NCBI GenBank assembly: GCA_963809485.1 | Contig: CAWEJX010000004.1 | Span: forward strand, 128,001 to 192,000 | Direction: 5' to 3' | DNA from: an uncultured Acidobacteriota bacterium | Lineage (GTDB): Bacteria > Acidobacteriota > UBA6911 | Length of the DNA stretch: 64,000 nt | In this document: positions 29,374-39,592 of the stretch, piece by piece | Numbering within the stretch: position 1 is the first letter of the stretch | Layout of the letters: every line of letters begins with the position of its first letter | Made by a program: the position numbers and the translations under genes | Notes under the pieces: model-generated | What the model saw: the letters and a program-made list of their open reading frames with translations, nothing else | The model's database searches: none | Told to the model about the DNA's origin: nothing

Positions 29374-31161
29374 ATGAAAAACAGAGCAAGTTGTTTGCTG
29401 ATAGGGATCTTTTGGGTGACGGCCCTTTTGTCGGAATCGCTTTGGGCCGCGGATATTACAAAGATCACGGTGCTGAATCCGCGAGGCGTTCAGCCCCCGA
29501 TACGCTTGATACCCATGGCTCCCCGCCTCGATACATTGGATGGGAAGACGATCTACGTCGTGGATACCAAGTATCCGTTGACAAGGCCATTCGTACAGGA
29601 AGTCTTCAATGTGCTCAAGGAGAGGTATCCAAAAACAAACTGGATATTCCGGGACAAAATCGGCAGCTATTTTGATGATGATCCCAAGCTTTGGGCCGAG
29701 ATCAAGGAGAAAGGCCACGGCATGGTTATGGCCGTCGGGCATTGAAGCACCTGCTCGCCGGCGGTCGCCGGCCATTGTATCTCGGTTGAGAAGTTGGGTG
29801 TGCCAAGTGCCCCCATCATTACCGAAAGGTTTCAGGACCTTGTCCGGACCATTTCATGGAAGAAGGGGGTGCCGAACATGCGCTTTACATTTGTTCCGCA
29901 TCCCGTTGCAGGCAAAGCCGCCGACATTTGCCGTCGATACTTGCTGGGCAACGATCCGCTGACAGGAAAGCCGGTTGTGGACGAACTTGTGGCGGCCTTG
30001 ACGCGACCGCTGTCCGCGGACGACATGAAGAAGGGATTTCTGACAAGAGATCCGCGGCCGAGAATGCTGAAACCTGATACCGCAGCAAACCTGGAAAAGC
30101 TATTCAATGACAGTCTGTGGACGGACGGGCTTCCTATTGTGCTTCCGACAGAAGACAAAGTCGCCGAGATGCTCAGGGCCACCAGTCACAAGGCGGATGA
30201 GACCGTAGGCACGATGCGTCCGTCGCCTCCGCACGAAGCGTGGGAATACACGGTCGAAATGGTTGCGGCCAACGCGGTGATGGCGGGAGCAAAGCCCGAA
30301 TATTTTCCGGTTATCCTGGCCCTGGCCTCAACGGGAGTGACCTCGCTTTTCACATCTACGACGTCTTTTGCCCGGATGATGGTGCTGAACGGGCCGATCA
30401 TCCAGCAGATCAATATGAACACAGGCATTGGAGCCATGGGACCTTTCAATCAGGCTAATGCCACGATTGGAAGAGCCTGGACGCTAATATCCAAGAACCT
30501 GGGCGGAGGAGGGGTTCCCGGCGAAACCTATTTGGGCAGCCAGGGCAGCAATCTCAATTACAACAATCTGTGTTATCCGGAAACGGAAGATGGCTTGCCT
30601 GCCGGGTGGAACCCTCTCCACGTGCAAAAGGGTTTCAAAAAGAACGACAGCGTCGTGAGCACCTTCACGGGCTGGAGCATCAGCAACTATGGCGGCTACA
30701 TAAGCCTGCCGCACAACGAAATCATGAAGTGGCAGCTGCAAAACTTTTTCACGAGCGGGACCGGAAGCAATGGGTCGGCTACTCTCCTGTTGGATCCCGT
30801 GGTCGCCAGAGACCTGAAGGATAGGTTTGACACAAAAGAAAAACTGGTCGAATGGCTCGCTCAAAATGCCACGACGCCGGCCTGGCATTACTGGGCTCGG
30901 GGAGAAGATCAGCTGAAACAGGCAAAATCGGGGGTCGAACCTTTTGCGTCCTATCTGAAATTGGGGGAGATTGCGTCATTGCCCGTTTCGCCCTTCCTCC
31001 GGAGGCCTATGGCTGCGAAGACTCCATCTCAAGGCAAGCCGCCCGACGGCCCTCCGCGCTCCCCGATCGAGATCATTGTGGTGGGAGGAGGCACGAATGC
31101 CTTCTGGGTTGCGGGAGACTTCAGCTATGTCTCCAGTGCTTCCGTCGACAAGTGGAGGTAA
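29374..31161 (+). CDS. Exported UGSC-type selenoprotein 1 (595 aa, Sec124 in U-S-T-C)
   Basis: ORFs 29374..29745 and 29794..31161 are in the same frame and separated only by TGA 29743-29745. Read-through gives 'AVGH-U-STCSPAVAGHCISVEKLGVPSAPII'. Sec-pathway signal peptide. Confidence 0.88.
29757..29772 (+). promoter_or_regulatory. Bacterial SECIS-like hairpin 1
   Basis: GCCGGC-GGTC-GCCGGC starting 11 nt after the UGA. Confidence 0.8.
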
Positions 31162-31281
31162 CGCGCCGCAGCGAAATTCGCCCACGGAATATCCTGTGGT
31201 TTTGAGTTTCCCTATGGAGTCGCAGTGCTGACGGTAATGCACGCGGTTCATGTCCATTTTTCGTTCAAAGGAGATCAGATC

Positions 31282-33042
31282 ATGAAAAAGAGGATCGGTT
31301 GGCCGGCATTCGCAGTTTGTCTCCTTGCCTGCCTTGTTATTTCGTGCACCCAAAATCCGGAACAGCGGACGCTTACGGTCTTGAATCCTGTCGGCTCGGC
31401 TTCTCCGACTCCGCTGATCCCGATGGCGCCTCGCCTGGATACGCTGGAAGGAAAGACCATCTATATCGTGGATGTGATGTATCCGCTCACTCATCAGCTA
31501 TTCGAAGAAATGCAGAAAGTGCTGTCCGAAAAATACCCCAAGACGAACTGGGTGGTCAAAAGCAAGGCGGGCACCTACTTTGATAATGACCCTAAACTGT
31601 GGGAAGAAGTCAAGGCGCAAGCCCAGGGAATGATCATAGGCGTCGGCCATTGAAGCAGCTGCACGCCGGCGGTCGCCAGCCATGCTATTACGGTCGAGAA
31701 ACTTGGAGTGCCCACAGCCCCCATCGTCACCAGTCGATTTCAGGATGTCTCAGAAGCCACTGCCGCCAGCAAGGGCATGCCCCGGGCACGATTCACTTAT
31801 ATCCATCACCCGGTTTCGAACAAGCCTGCGGCGGAGTGCCGAAAATACATCGAGGGCAACGATCCTTTGACCGGCAAACCGGTGGTTGAGGAGATTGTAG
31901 CCGCTCTAACCAAACCATTATCGGATGAGGATAAAAAGACCGGGTTCGTGGAAAAACCTCGGGAAAGGCTGCTAAAACCCGATACAGCGCAGAATCTGGA
32001 GCGCCAGTTTCTGGAAAATGGGTGGACCGACGGGCTCATGATAGCCCTCCCCACCGAAGCAAAGGTTTCAGAAATGCTCAAGGCGACCAGCCACAAGCCT
32101 GATGAGATCGTGGGCCAGATGATGCCTTCGCCGGCTCAGGCGCCGTGGAAATACACGGTCGAAATGGTTGCAGTCAACGCCGTGATGGCAGGCGCCAAAC
32201 CGAAACACTTCCCTGCCATCCTGGCTCTGGCTGCAACGGGGCAGGGTTCGCTGCCTTCGTCAACGTCCTCTATGGCGAGAATGATAGTCCTCAATGGACC
32301 CATCAGGAACGAACTAAAGATGAACATGGGAATAGGAGCGCTTGGGCCCTTCGATGAGACCAATGCGGTCATTGGAAGAGCTTGGACGTTTATCACCAAA
32401 AACCTGGGAGGGGGCGGAAAGGCCGGGACCACGTATCTCGGAACCTTCGGAAACAACTACAACTACAACAATCTTTGCTTTGCCGAAAAAGAAGAAGACC
32501 TCCCATCCGGCTGGAAACCGTTGCACGTACAAAAGGGCTTCAAGCAGGAGGAGAGCGTTGTGAGCGTGTTTAACGGCTGGACCTTGCTTAATTACAGCGC
32601 CTACAATCCGGATCCTTATCACGAGCTGATGAGACGTCAGATGGTAGCGCTGGAAATGAGCGGAGCCGGCGCTCATCATACTCCGGGTGTAAACATACAA
32701 ACCGCAGGGATGTTGATTATAGATCCGGTGACAGCAACGGCGCTTAAAGAGGATGAATCCTTCGAAACGAAAGAGAAACTCAACCAGTGGTTGACGGAAA
32801 ATGTGCACTTTACTATGTGGAACTACTGGAATGCCATGCCGGATTATCTCAAAAAGGCCAAGGAAGGAGTCCAACCGTACGCCTCCTTGTTGAAACGAGC
32901 GCCGGAGTCCGATTCCCCGCTGCAGCTTTTTAGCCCCAGGGCGGGAGTGGAAATTGTCGTGGTGGGAGGGGGAACCAATCCTTACTGGTACGCCGGCGAC
33001 TTCCGTTATCTGGCCAGCGCCTCTATAGACAAATGGAAATAG
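31282..33042 (+). CDS. Lipoprotein UGSC-type selenoprotein 2 (586 aa, Sec124 in U-S-S-C)
   Basis: In-frame TGA 31651-31653; 'GVGH-U-SSCTPAVASHAITVEKLGVPTAPIV'. Lipobox-like 'VISC', AGGAG RBS. Paralog of the preceding gene over its full length. Confidence 0.88.
31665..31680 (+). promoter_or_regulatory. Bacterial SECIS-like hairpin 2
   Basis: GCCGGC-GGTC-GCCAGC (one mismatch) starting 11 nt after the UGA. Confidence 0.75.
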
Positions 33043-33055
33043 TTGAGGTTGAAAA

Positions 33056-33622
33056 ATGAGATTCTCAACTGCTTGTGCGATCTTTTTGATCCTCGCATTG
33101 GCTTTTCTTGTTGCCTGTGCGGAGAAACCGGCCCCTGCCCCGGAGCAGAAGCCCGGGGCAGGCTTTTCGTCCGCTGATGCGGCATCGATCGGAACGACCG
33201 TGCCGGCGATGGTTGAACTCAGTGACATGTATGTTTCACCTGAAACATACGACCTCAAGGTGACGGTCGCTGAAATAGTTCGCGGCGAAAAGGCCGGAGA
33301 GTTTTTAAAGAAGGCAGGCGCATCCGAGACACAGATCGGGACTGATTCAGAATACCTTCTCGCGCGTGTTCGTCTTGAATACAGCGCCCGTGGCGCTCCG
33401 GGAGATAAGCCCTGGGAACTGAGCGGAGCGCAATTCAATGCTTACTCTGAAGAGGGCAAGCCCTTCGGGAGCGCCTCGATTGTGGCGTCGCAATCAGGTC
33501 TGACTCCATCGCTCCGTTCCGGGGATACTCTGGAATGCTGGCTTGCATTTGCGGTGGCGAAAAGTGACAGGAAACCGGTAATGACCCTTAATCCCGGAGG
33601 CGTCTGGTTTCGCCTTTACTGA
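33056..33622 (+). CDS. Lipoprotein, DUF4352/Ig-like
   Basis: Lipobox 'LVAC'; beta-rich pattern 'EYLLARVRLEY...LRSGDTLECWLAFAV'; starts 13 bp after selenoprotein 2. Confidence 0.65.
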   Translation: MRFSTACAIFLILALAFLVACAEKPAPAPEQKPGAGFSSADAASIGTTVPAMVELSDMYVSPETYDLKVTVAEIVRGEKAGEFLKKAGASETQIGTDSEYLLARVRLEYSARGAPGDKPWELSGAQFNAYSEEGKPFGSASIVASQSGLTPSLRSGDTLECWLAFAVAKSDRKPVMTLNPGGVWFRLY

Positions 33623-33878
33623 TGCGCACGGAGACGCGATCCCGCCTGTCCTGAAAAAGAATACCGGTGAGGGAAGGACGGCCCTCGATTTTGCCGGGCA
33701 GTCAAAAGGCACCAGACTTCCGGATTGCGTCTCTGCAGCCGCAAAGATGCAGCTCTCCTTTTTGCTCATCCCGACCATACCGGAAGTTTCGAGGAACGCC
33801 GTGGTCAAAGACAAATCGGCACAGGTGGGAGTTTGCCTGTTTTGCCCGCCCGGTGCCGGAGCGGAAATCCTTGCAGTA

Positions 33879-35240
33879 TCAGTGACTGGAAAAAGTCGTC
33901 TCCTGAGCCAACTGGTCGAGCGATTTGCCCTTGGTCTCTTTCTTGACGAACAGGAAGGCCGCCAGGGCGCCGACAACAGCCGGAATGAGGTAGAACAGGA
34001 AAGACACCCGCATCCCAAGCTGCATTCCCATGATGGCCCCGCTCACGATGGGAGCCAGCGCTCCACCCACCCGGCCAAACGCCTGGCACCAGGATACGCC
34101 GGTGTTTCGGAACTCGGTCGGATAGGCTTCGGCCATCAGGGGCTGCACGGCCGTGATCGCGTAATTGATGGCGAAACCCATGAAAATGCTGGCAGCCAAA
34201 ATGGTCGTGAAACCGCCGCCGACGAAGGCCATCAGGATTATGGAAAGACCCCCGACCAGATAGCTCATGATGAGGTTCGGCCTGCGGCCAATGATCTCGG
34301 CGACGAAGCCGGTCAGGCAGTTGGCGATGACTGCAGCCGCATTGTTGGCGATGGCCAGAGTATATGCGGAAGTCAGCTGGAAGCCTTTTTCCAGCATCAG
34401 GGAAGGCAGCCAGGCATTGAGGCCGTATACGGTGAAACAGCCGCAGAAGTATGTGATCCATACGCCCGCGGTGATTATGCGGTAATCCTTGGAGAAAAGG
34501 GCTTTGGGACCGGCGACTTTAGGAGCCGGCGGGACGACCAGAGCACCGGGGTCACGCGGAGTCACTTTGCCCGTGGCGCGTTTTTCTATTCGGGCGAGCA
34601 TTTCCACCGCTTCCTTTTTGCGCCCTTTGCTGGCCAGCCAGTAAGGCGACTCGTGCATCCGAAGATACAGGAAAATGGCGTACAGGAAAGGAACACCGCC
34701 GATCAGGTAGCAGATCCTCCATCCGTGATGCGGAACAAGGAGGGTAGGTATCAGCCCGCCCAGCACCCAGCCGACGATCATCCAGGCCATGCCGAATGTG
34801 ATGAACAGCGCGCGTCGGGGAGTAGGTGTGGATTCGGAGAATATGGTCGTAACCACCGGGATGCAGGCACCCAGGCCCACGCCGGCCAGAATGCGGAAGA
34901 ACGCGAACTGTGCGAAACTGGTGGAGAAGTAGATTGGAATTGTCAGCAGCGAATAGGCGGCGATGGAAAAGATAAGAGTATTTCTCCGGCCGATTTTGTC
35001 CGAGATGATACCGGCGCAAGCACCGCCGATGATCAGGCCGAAAAGGCTCCAGGACGACAGGCTGCCCGTCTGAACCTTGCTTAGAGCCCACTCGGCGGAA
35101 ATCTGGGGCATGGTATACGAAACAACCATGTAGTCATAGCCGTCGAAGACCATGGACATACCGAGGAAGAAAAACACGGACCAGGTAAACTTGTTGACCC
35201 CCAAAGAGTCCACTACTTCAGAAATGGTAAATTTTTTCAC
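33879..35240 (-). CDS. MFS transporter, aromatic acid:H+ symporter-like (PcaK/BenK type)
   Basis: 'FDGYD', 'ISDKIGRR', 'ESP.WL', 'EAYPTEFRNTG', about 12 TMs; GTG start at 35240. Confidence 0.88.
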   Translation of the reverse strand: MKKFTISEVVDSLGVNKFTWSVFFFLGMSMVFDGYDYMVVSYTMPQISAEWALSKVQTGSLSSWSLFGLIIGGACAGIISDKIGRRNTLIFSIAAYSLLTIPIYFSTSFAQFAFFRILAGVGLGACIPVVTTIFSESTPTPRRALFITFGMAWMIVGWVLGGLIPTLLVPHHGWRICYLIGGVPFLYAIFLYLRMHESPYWLASKGRKKEAVEMLARIEKRATGKVTPRDPGALVVPPAPKVAGPKALFSKDYRIITAGVWITYFCGCFTVYGLNAWLPSLMLEKGFQLTSAYTLAIANNAAAVIANCLTGFVAEIIGRRPNLIMSYLVGGLSIILMAFVGGGFTTILAASIFMGFAINYAITAVQPLMAEAYPTEFRNTGVSWCQAFGRVGGALAPIVSGAIMGMQLGMRVSFLFYLIPAVVGALAAFLFVKKETKGKSLDQLAQETTFSSH

Positions 35241-35653
35241 CTCTTGATTCTCCCTTTGCCAATCCGTCTGACAGGCATGACCCATCGGATGTGAAAGCTT
35301 GATCCGGCCTTGTATTCGCTTCCAACACGAATCTCTCACGGGATTTCCTGGAGAAGCTCGTATCGGAACCTATCTTTTTTATTTGTTCGAGGCTGCAGCT
35401 ATCAAGCCTTCATGCTGCAACCTGGAACCGGTAACATTCAATCGAGAGTATATATCTCCATCTGAGCCACCGCATCAGGAAAACTGTGAGAAATGCGGGC
35501 GGGCATGTTTCGGGACGGCGCCTATTGCTAAAGATCGATATTCGTCAGAGCCGTAAAGGCTCTTCCGCGGCTTTGCGATTGAAATGCACTTCTCTGCTGC
35601 AAGAGGAAAATTGATTTGATCGGCCCGGCGCTTGGACGAGGCCAGCTTGCCGC

Positions 35654-35961
35654 TAATTAGTTTCGTCGCGAAACTGGTTTGTGCCGCGTAGCGGCACTAT
35701 GATTTTAGCCCGGCCTTTCAAGGCCGGGAACCATGGTACAGCGAGCAGCGCGTCGCGTAGCGACGCCTGAGATTCAGCCGTCGCTACGCGACGGAAAACT
35801 TAACTCCTTTCGATCCAGGCCTTAAAAGGCCTGGCAAATTCAGCTGGCCGCTACGCGGCCTGACTCCAATTATCGGCTTCTATGTAATATCAAATATCCT
35901 ATTGACGGTTGAAAAATTTGGCTTTTTCACAAAACCCGAGTTTCGCGACAGAAACTAATTA
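35654..35961. repeat. REP/BIME-like GTAG palindrome cluster enclosed by 22-bp terminal inverted repeats
   Basis: Four G[CT]CGCGTAGCG[GA]C units (two per strand) plus two GGCCTT-NN-AAGGCC hairpins. Outer repeats TAATTAGTTTCGTCGCGAAACT ... AGTTTCGCGAC(A)GAAACTAATTA. Confidence 0.8.
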
Positions 35962-36152
35962 CATCGGTAAACCCCCGGCTCTGCTGGGGGACTCAAAGAG
36001 TTCGACAGATCCGTATTTTGAAACGCTGATAAAAGCGCTGACAAACGCCGATTTGTTCGGCGAGGGTCGGCGAGCAAAACCGGCGTAACTCCTCCAACCG
36101 CTTTGAGCGGTTCAAATCTTTCAAGCCTCCGGCTTTGCCGGAGGTACCTGAC
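35960..36152 (+). mobile_element. IS200/IS605-ended palindromic element, copy B (short form)
   Basis: Same three hairpins as copy A in the opposite orientation; preceded by TAAT, ends in TGAC; nested inverted repeats absent. Confidence 0.75.
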
Positions 36153-36173
36153 TGGATTCGGCATATACCCGGA

Positions 36174-37130
36174 TCAGGATTCCCGGAGAAGATGGCGATA
36201 GCTTTCAGGGTGCTGCTCGAGGTATTCGGACAGGGATTGGGCCGCGTGTCCCGTCAGTTTCGGAACCGTATCACTAACCTTGGACAAATCACCCATGGCA
36301 ATTTGCAGGAAATGGGTGACGAAAACGTCGACCTCGTAGTCATCCAGCCCGTGTCCGGTCAACATCCGGCGCTCGGCCTCGAATTTTTCCAGCCGGCTGG
36401 TCGAGCGTGTTTCCCGGGCTTCTTTGGGAGTCTGGGGCTGGTAAACGATTTCCCGGTTCAAGGCCGCGGACAACCGTTCGGCAGTCTCGACCATCGTGAG
36501 CGCCTCCGGGCCTGTTACATCATAAGTAAGCCCTTCATGCCCCATACCTGTCAAAACCGCAACGGCCGTTTCGGCAATATCGTCACGCGTAACCCAGGCG
36601 GCGCGCCCATCTCCGGCCGGCGCCCGGATAACGTCATCGGCCGAGACGCATTGCGGCACGTTATCGGTATACAGGCTAGCGCGCAGGATAGTGAAGGGCA
36701 TGCCCGAAGCCCGTAGGTGCTCTTCGGTGTGAAAATGGTCGTGCGCCAGGATGAAAGTGGCGTCGGGAGCCGCATTCATCACCGAGAGGTAGACGATGTG
36801 CTTCACCCCGGCAGCCGCTGCGGCATCCACGGCCGTAAGCTGCTGCTGCAACCGATCGTAGGGAGGAGGCGCCGTGTGATTCTTGGCGCTGATGTGGGCC
36901 ACTCCAAAACGGTCGCGGGCGGATACCAGGAACAATGTGTCGACACCGTTCAGCGCCCTGCGCATCGCGGCGGCATCGCCATAGGATGAAGCCTGAACAA
37001 CCTCGGCTCCCGGAAGTTGAGGCGCCCGCGCGGGATCGCGCACAATCAGCCGCTGAGTCCGTCCCCTCCGGGCCAGGCGCACTGCAATCCTGCCCCCTAC
37101 TTCCCCCGTGGCTCCGGTGATTGCCAGCAT
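36174..37130 (-). CDS. NmrA-like / atypical SDR NAD(P)H-binding oxidoreductase
   Basis: 'ITGATGEVG', 'AGVKHIVYLS', 'TEEHLRASGMPFTILR', 'YDVTGPEALT'. Confidence 0.88.
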   Translation of the reverse strand: MLAITGATGEVGGRIAVRLARRGRTQRLIVRDPARAPQLPGAEVVQASSYGDAAAMRRALNGVDTLFLVSARDRFGVAHISAKNHTAPPPYDRLQQQLTAVDAAAAAGVKHIVYLSVMNAAPDATFILAHDHFHTEEHLRASGMPFTILRASLYTDNVPQCVSADDVIRAPAGDGRAAWVTRDDIAETAVAVLTGMGHEGLTYDVTGPEALTMVETAERLSAALNREIVYQPQTPKEARETRSTSRLEKFEAERRMLTGHGLDDYEVDVFVTHFLQIAMGDLSKVSDTVPKLTGHAAQSLSEYLEQHPESYRHLLRES

Positions 37131-37237
37131 GGCTTCGGTCCTTGTGAAAATGATAGCCCTGAGATGGTTTGCACGCTCCGGAGGCAGGGATTTCATGCGC
37201 TCCAGTGAAATAAGGAGCGTGCGGGTTCTCCCGAGCT

Positions 37238-38392
37238 TTAAATCGCCTCGCTAAGTATCTCCGTCAGTTCTTCCAGCGTCAGTTGAACGGGATTGCCTTT
37301 TATGCTGCTTGACCTTTGAGCTTTGACGGCGATGCCGGGCAAATCCTTTTCCGTCAATCCGAAATCGGCAAGCCGCGGAACAGAGAAATCATCCCGCATC
37401 GAATGCAGCCATTCTACACCCTCTTTGGCTCCCGCCGATGCGCGGCCCGTCAGCAGGCGGGCAATCTCGTCGTAGCGGGGAATTGCAGGGGAGTCTTTAG
37501 CCCTGGCATTCAACGCTTTCAGGTTGGCCTCCATTACTATCGGCAGCAGGCGGGCGCAGACAACTCCGTGGGGGACAGGAATCATTCCGCCCAGGGGAGC
37601 GGCAAGACCGTGGACTGCGCCCAAGCCTGCATTCGTCAGAGCGATGCCGCCGAACAGGCTGGCCAGCGCCATATTTCCCCGAGCCTGGACGTTGCTGCCG
37701 TCCGCATAGGCCGCACGCAGCCAGAGGGCTGCGCGGCGGATTCCGTCGCGGCAGATGGCATCGGTGACGGGATTGGCAGCGTTGGATACAAACGGCTCGA
37801 TCAACTGGCACAGAGCGTCCATCCCGGTGCTCGCCGTAATGGAGGGGGGAACCGAGTGCGTCAGGTCGGGATCCACTACGGCAAGCCGGGGGAGCATACC
37901 GGGGCTGCGCAGGCTGACTTTAACGCGATGCTCGGGAGAAGCCAGCACGGCGTTTCGGGTCACCTCGCTGCCCGTGCCTGCCGTCGTCGGTATGCAGATG
38001 CACGGAGCACACGCTTGTGTCAAAGGAAGGCCTTTGCCGACAACCTCCAGATAATCGAGCGGATCGCCTGGATTGGACAGTAGCGCCGCAATCGCCTTAG
38101 CGCCATCCAATGCGCTGCCGCCGCCGAAGCCGATTACGACGTCGCATTCGGCATTCCTGGCAATCCGCACTCCATCCAGAATCCCGGGAATCGTCGGTTC
38201 GCCCGAAATGGAGAACAGGCTGCATGCGACGCGCTCAGCCTGCAATCCGGCAACGAATGGATCCAGACGGGCAGGCGTGCTTCCGGCAACGATCAAAGCC
38301 TTGCGCCCCAGAGAAGCTGCCGCAGGTATCGCCTCCCCGACTCTGCCGGAGCCGAATGCTATCCTGGTTGCGGTGACAAAATCGAAACGCAT
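37238..38392 (-). CDS. Iron-containing alcohol dehydrogenase
   Basis: 'GGGSALDGAK', 'IPTTAGTGSEVT', 'DPDLT', 'GAVHGLA', 'HG'. Confidence 0.93.
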   Translation of the reverse strand: MRFDFVTATRIAFGSGRVGEAIPAAASLGRKALIVAGSTPARLDPFVAGLQAERVACSLFSISGEPTIPGILDGVRIARNAECDVVIGFGGGSALDGAKAIAALLSNPGDPLDYLEVVGKGLPLTQACAPCICIPTTAGTGSEVTRNAVLASPEHRVKVSLRSPGMLPRLAVVDPDLTHSVPPSITASTGMDALCQLIEPFVSNAANPVTDAICRDGIRRAALWLRAAYADGSNVQARGNMALASLFGGIALTNAGLGAVHGLAAPLGGMIPVPHGVVCARLLPIVMEANLKALNARAKDSPAIPRYDEIARLLTGRASAGAKEGVEWLHSMRDDFSVPRLADFGLTEKDLPGIAVKAQRSSSIKGNPVQLTLEELTEILSEAI

Positions 38393-38454
38393 CGGATCAA
38401 CCCCAAAAGTCATTATACAAAGCCAGGGTCAGTGTTGCCCGGCCGGCGCTGCAC

Positions 38455-38952
38455 ATGCCCACCGTGTGCGGCCCATGCTATCACGCCGGAGCCTGGAGTG
38501 ATCGCTTTTATGTCGATGGAGGCGTTTGCACGGGAAGGCCGTATTTCGAGCAGCTGCTCTATTGCCGCCGTCATCCTGACAGCCTCGGGTATGGAGGCGG
38601 ATATTCCATCACTTTCCCCGATCTTCCGGGTTGTTGTTCTGACGGAGCCACTCCGGAGGAAGCTGTCAAACATGGTCGCGATGCACTTGGGTCCTGGCTT
38701 GCAGTTGCGCGCGAGTTCGGTGATAAAATTCCAATGCCTTTTTCCAAGGTAAGCGGACGTTTCGTTCAGCGTGTTCCTCGATCCCTTCATGCTCAACTCA
38801 TCGCCCGCGCAAAAATTGAAGGTGTATCCCTCAATACTTTGGTTGTTTCAATCGTATCGCAAGGACTTGGACAGCGGCAGGCCGAAATAATAAAAGACCC
38901 GTTGTCTAACTATTCGTTGCGGCGGACGGCGAAAAAGGCGCGCCGCCGCTGA
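38455..38952 (+). CDS. hicB: HicB-family antitoxin (start uncertain, no hicA partner seen)
   Basis: 'GGYSITFPDLPGCCSDGATPEEA' plus RHH domain 'SGRFVQRVPRSLHAQL...EGVSLN'. Confidence 0.8.
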   Translation: MPTVCGPCYHAGAWSDRFYVDGGVCTGRPYFEQLLYCRRHPDSLGYGGGYSITFPDLPGCCSDGATPEEAVKHGRDALGSWLAVAREFGDKIPMPFSKVSGRFVQRVPRSLHAQLIARAKIEGVSLNTLVVSIVSQGLGQRQAEIIKDPLSNYSLRRTAKKARRR

Positions 38953-39174
38953 AATACGGCGGAATTGGGGACCGGAAGTGGGGACAGTCACGAATGTCCC
39001 CAAACTCCGCACGATTATGCTTTAACCGGCTCCGCCGCCGCCCCCGATATCGGCAGGTTAAAGTTGTTCATTTCCACTGCGGCTTCGACCGTTTGTGATG
39101 GTTACAGCGCCCTGGGACAGGCGGACTCATTAACCATAAGCTTGGGCGAGGCGTGGACATCCATGAGATAGGTG

Positions 39175-39452
39175 GGTTCCAGTTTGCCGGCAGCAGTTCT
39201 TCTATCGGATGGATCTTGCGCTCCGGGAATGGCTTGGCACGGGAATGGGCCTTTACCAAGTCCAGGGTATCAATCCGACTCTGCAGTTGCTTCCGCCGGT
39301 CTGCCTCCGTTAAGCGACGACCTTGTCAATGCATCTGCTCCAATGTAGCATTCAAAAGGGCGATATGCGGTGCCGGTGCTTATCGCAGCGAAGTTGGCCA
39401 CCCCGAACCGAAGCGGCGTTCAATTGCCTTAATCCTCTTTCATGCGGCCAAC
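39175..39452 (-). pseudogene. Degenerate IS66-like transposase (TnpC) remnant
   Basis: Fragments 'CWPHER' (cf. CWAHxRR) and 'IEELLPANW' (cf. C-terminal ELLPWNW), with no intact ORF. Confidence 0.4.
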
Positions 39453-39592
39453 ATCGGTCAATAAAAACCAGGAAACTGCAGAAGCACACAGAAGGAGATG
39501 AAACCGCCCTATTTCGCTCAGCTTTAGGATATTTCCACAAGGTATCGAAGGCAGGGCAACAAAGCGGTTCTCGCTGATTTCAGGAGGAACAG

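Noticed and set aside
29374-33042. Four separate genes or nonsense pseudogenes
   Set aside because: The frames are continuous, the inter-ORF codons are conserved protein sequence, and the same arrangement recurs three times.
33747-35084. 445-aa + strand ORF, and other long antisense ORFs such as 26215..27399 and 58899..59990
   Set aside because: They are shadows of well-supported opposite-strand genes in GC-rich DNA and have no recognisable motifs.
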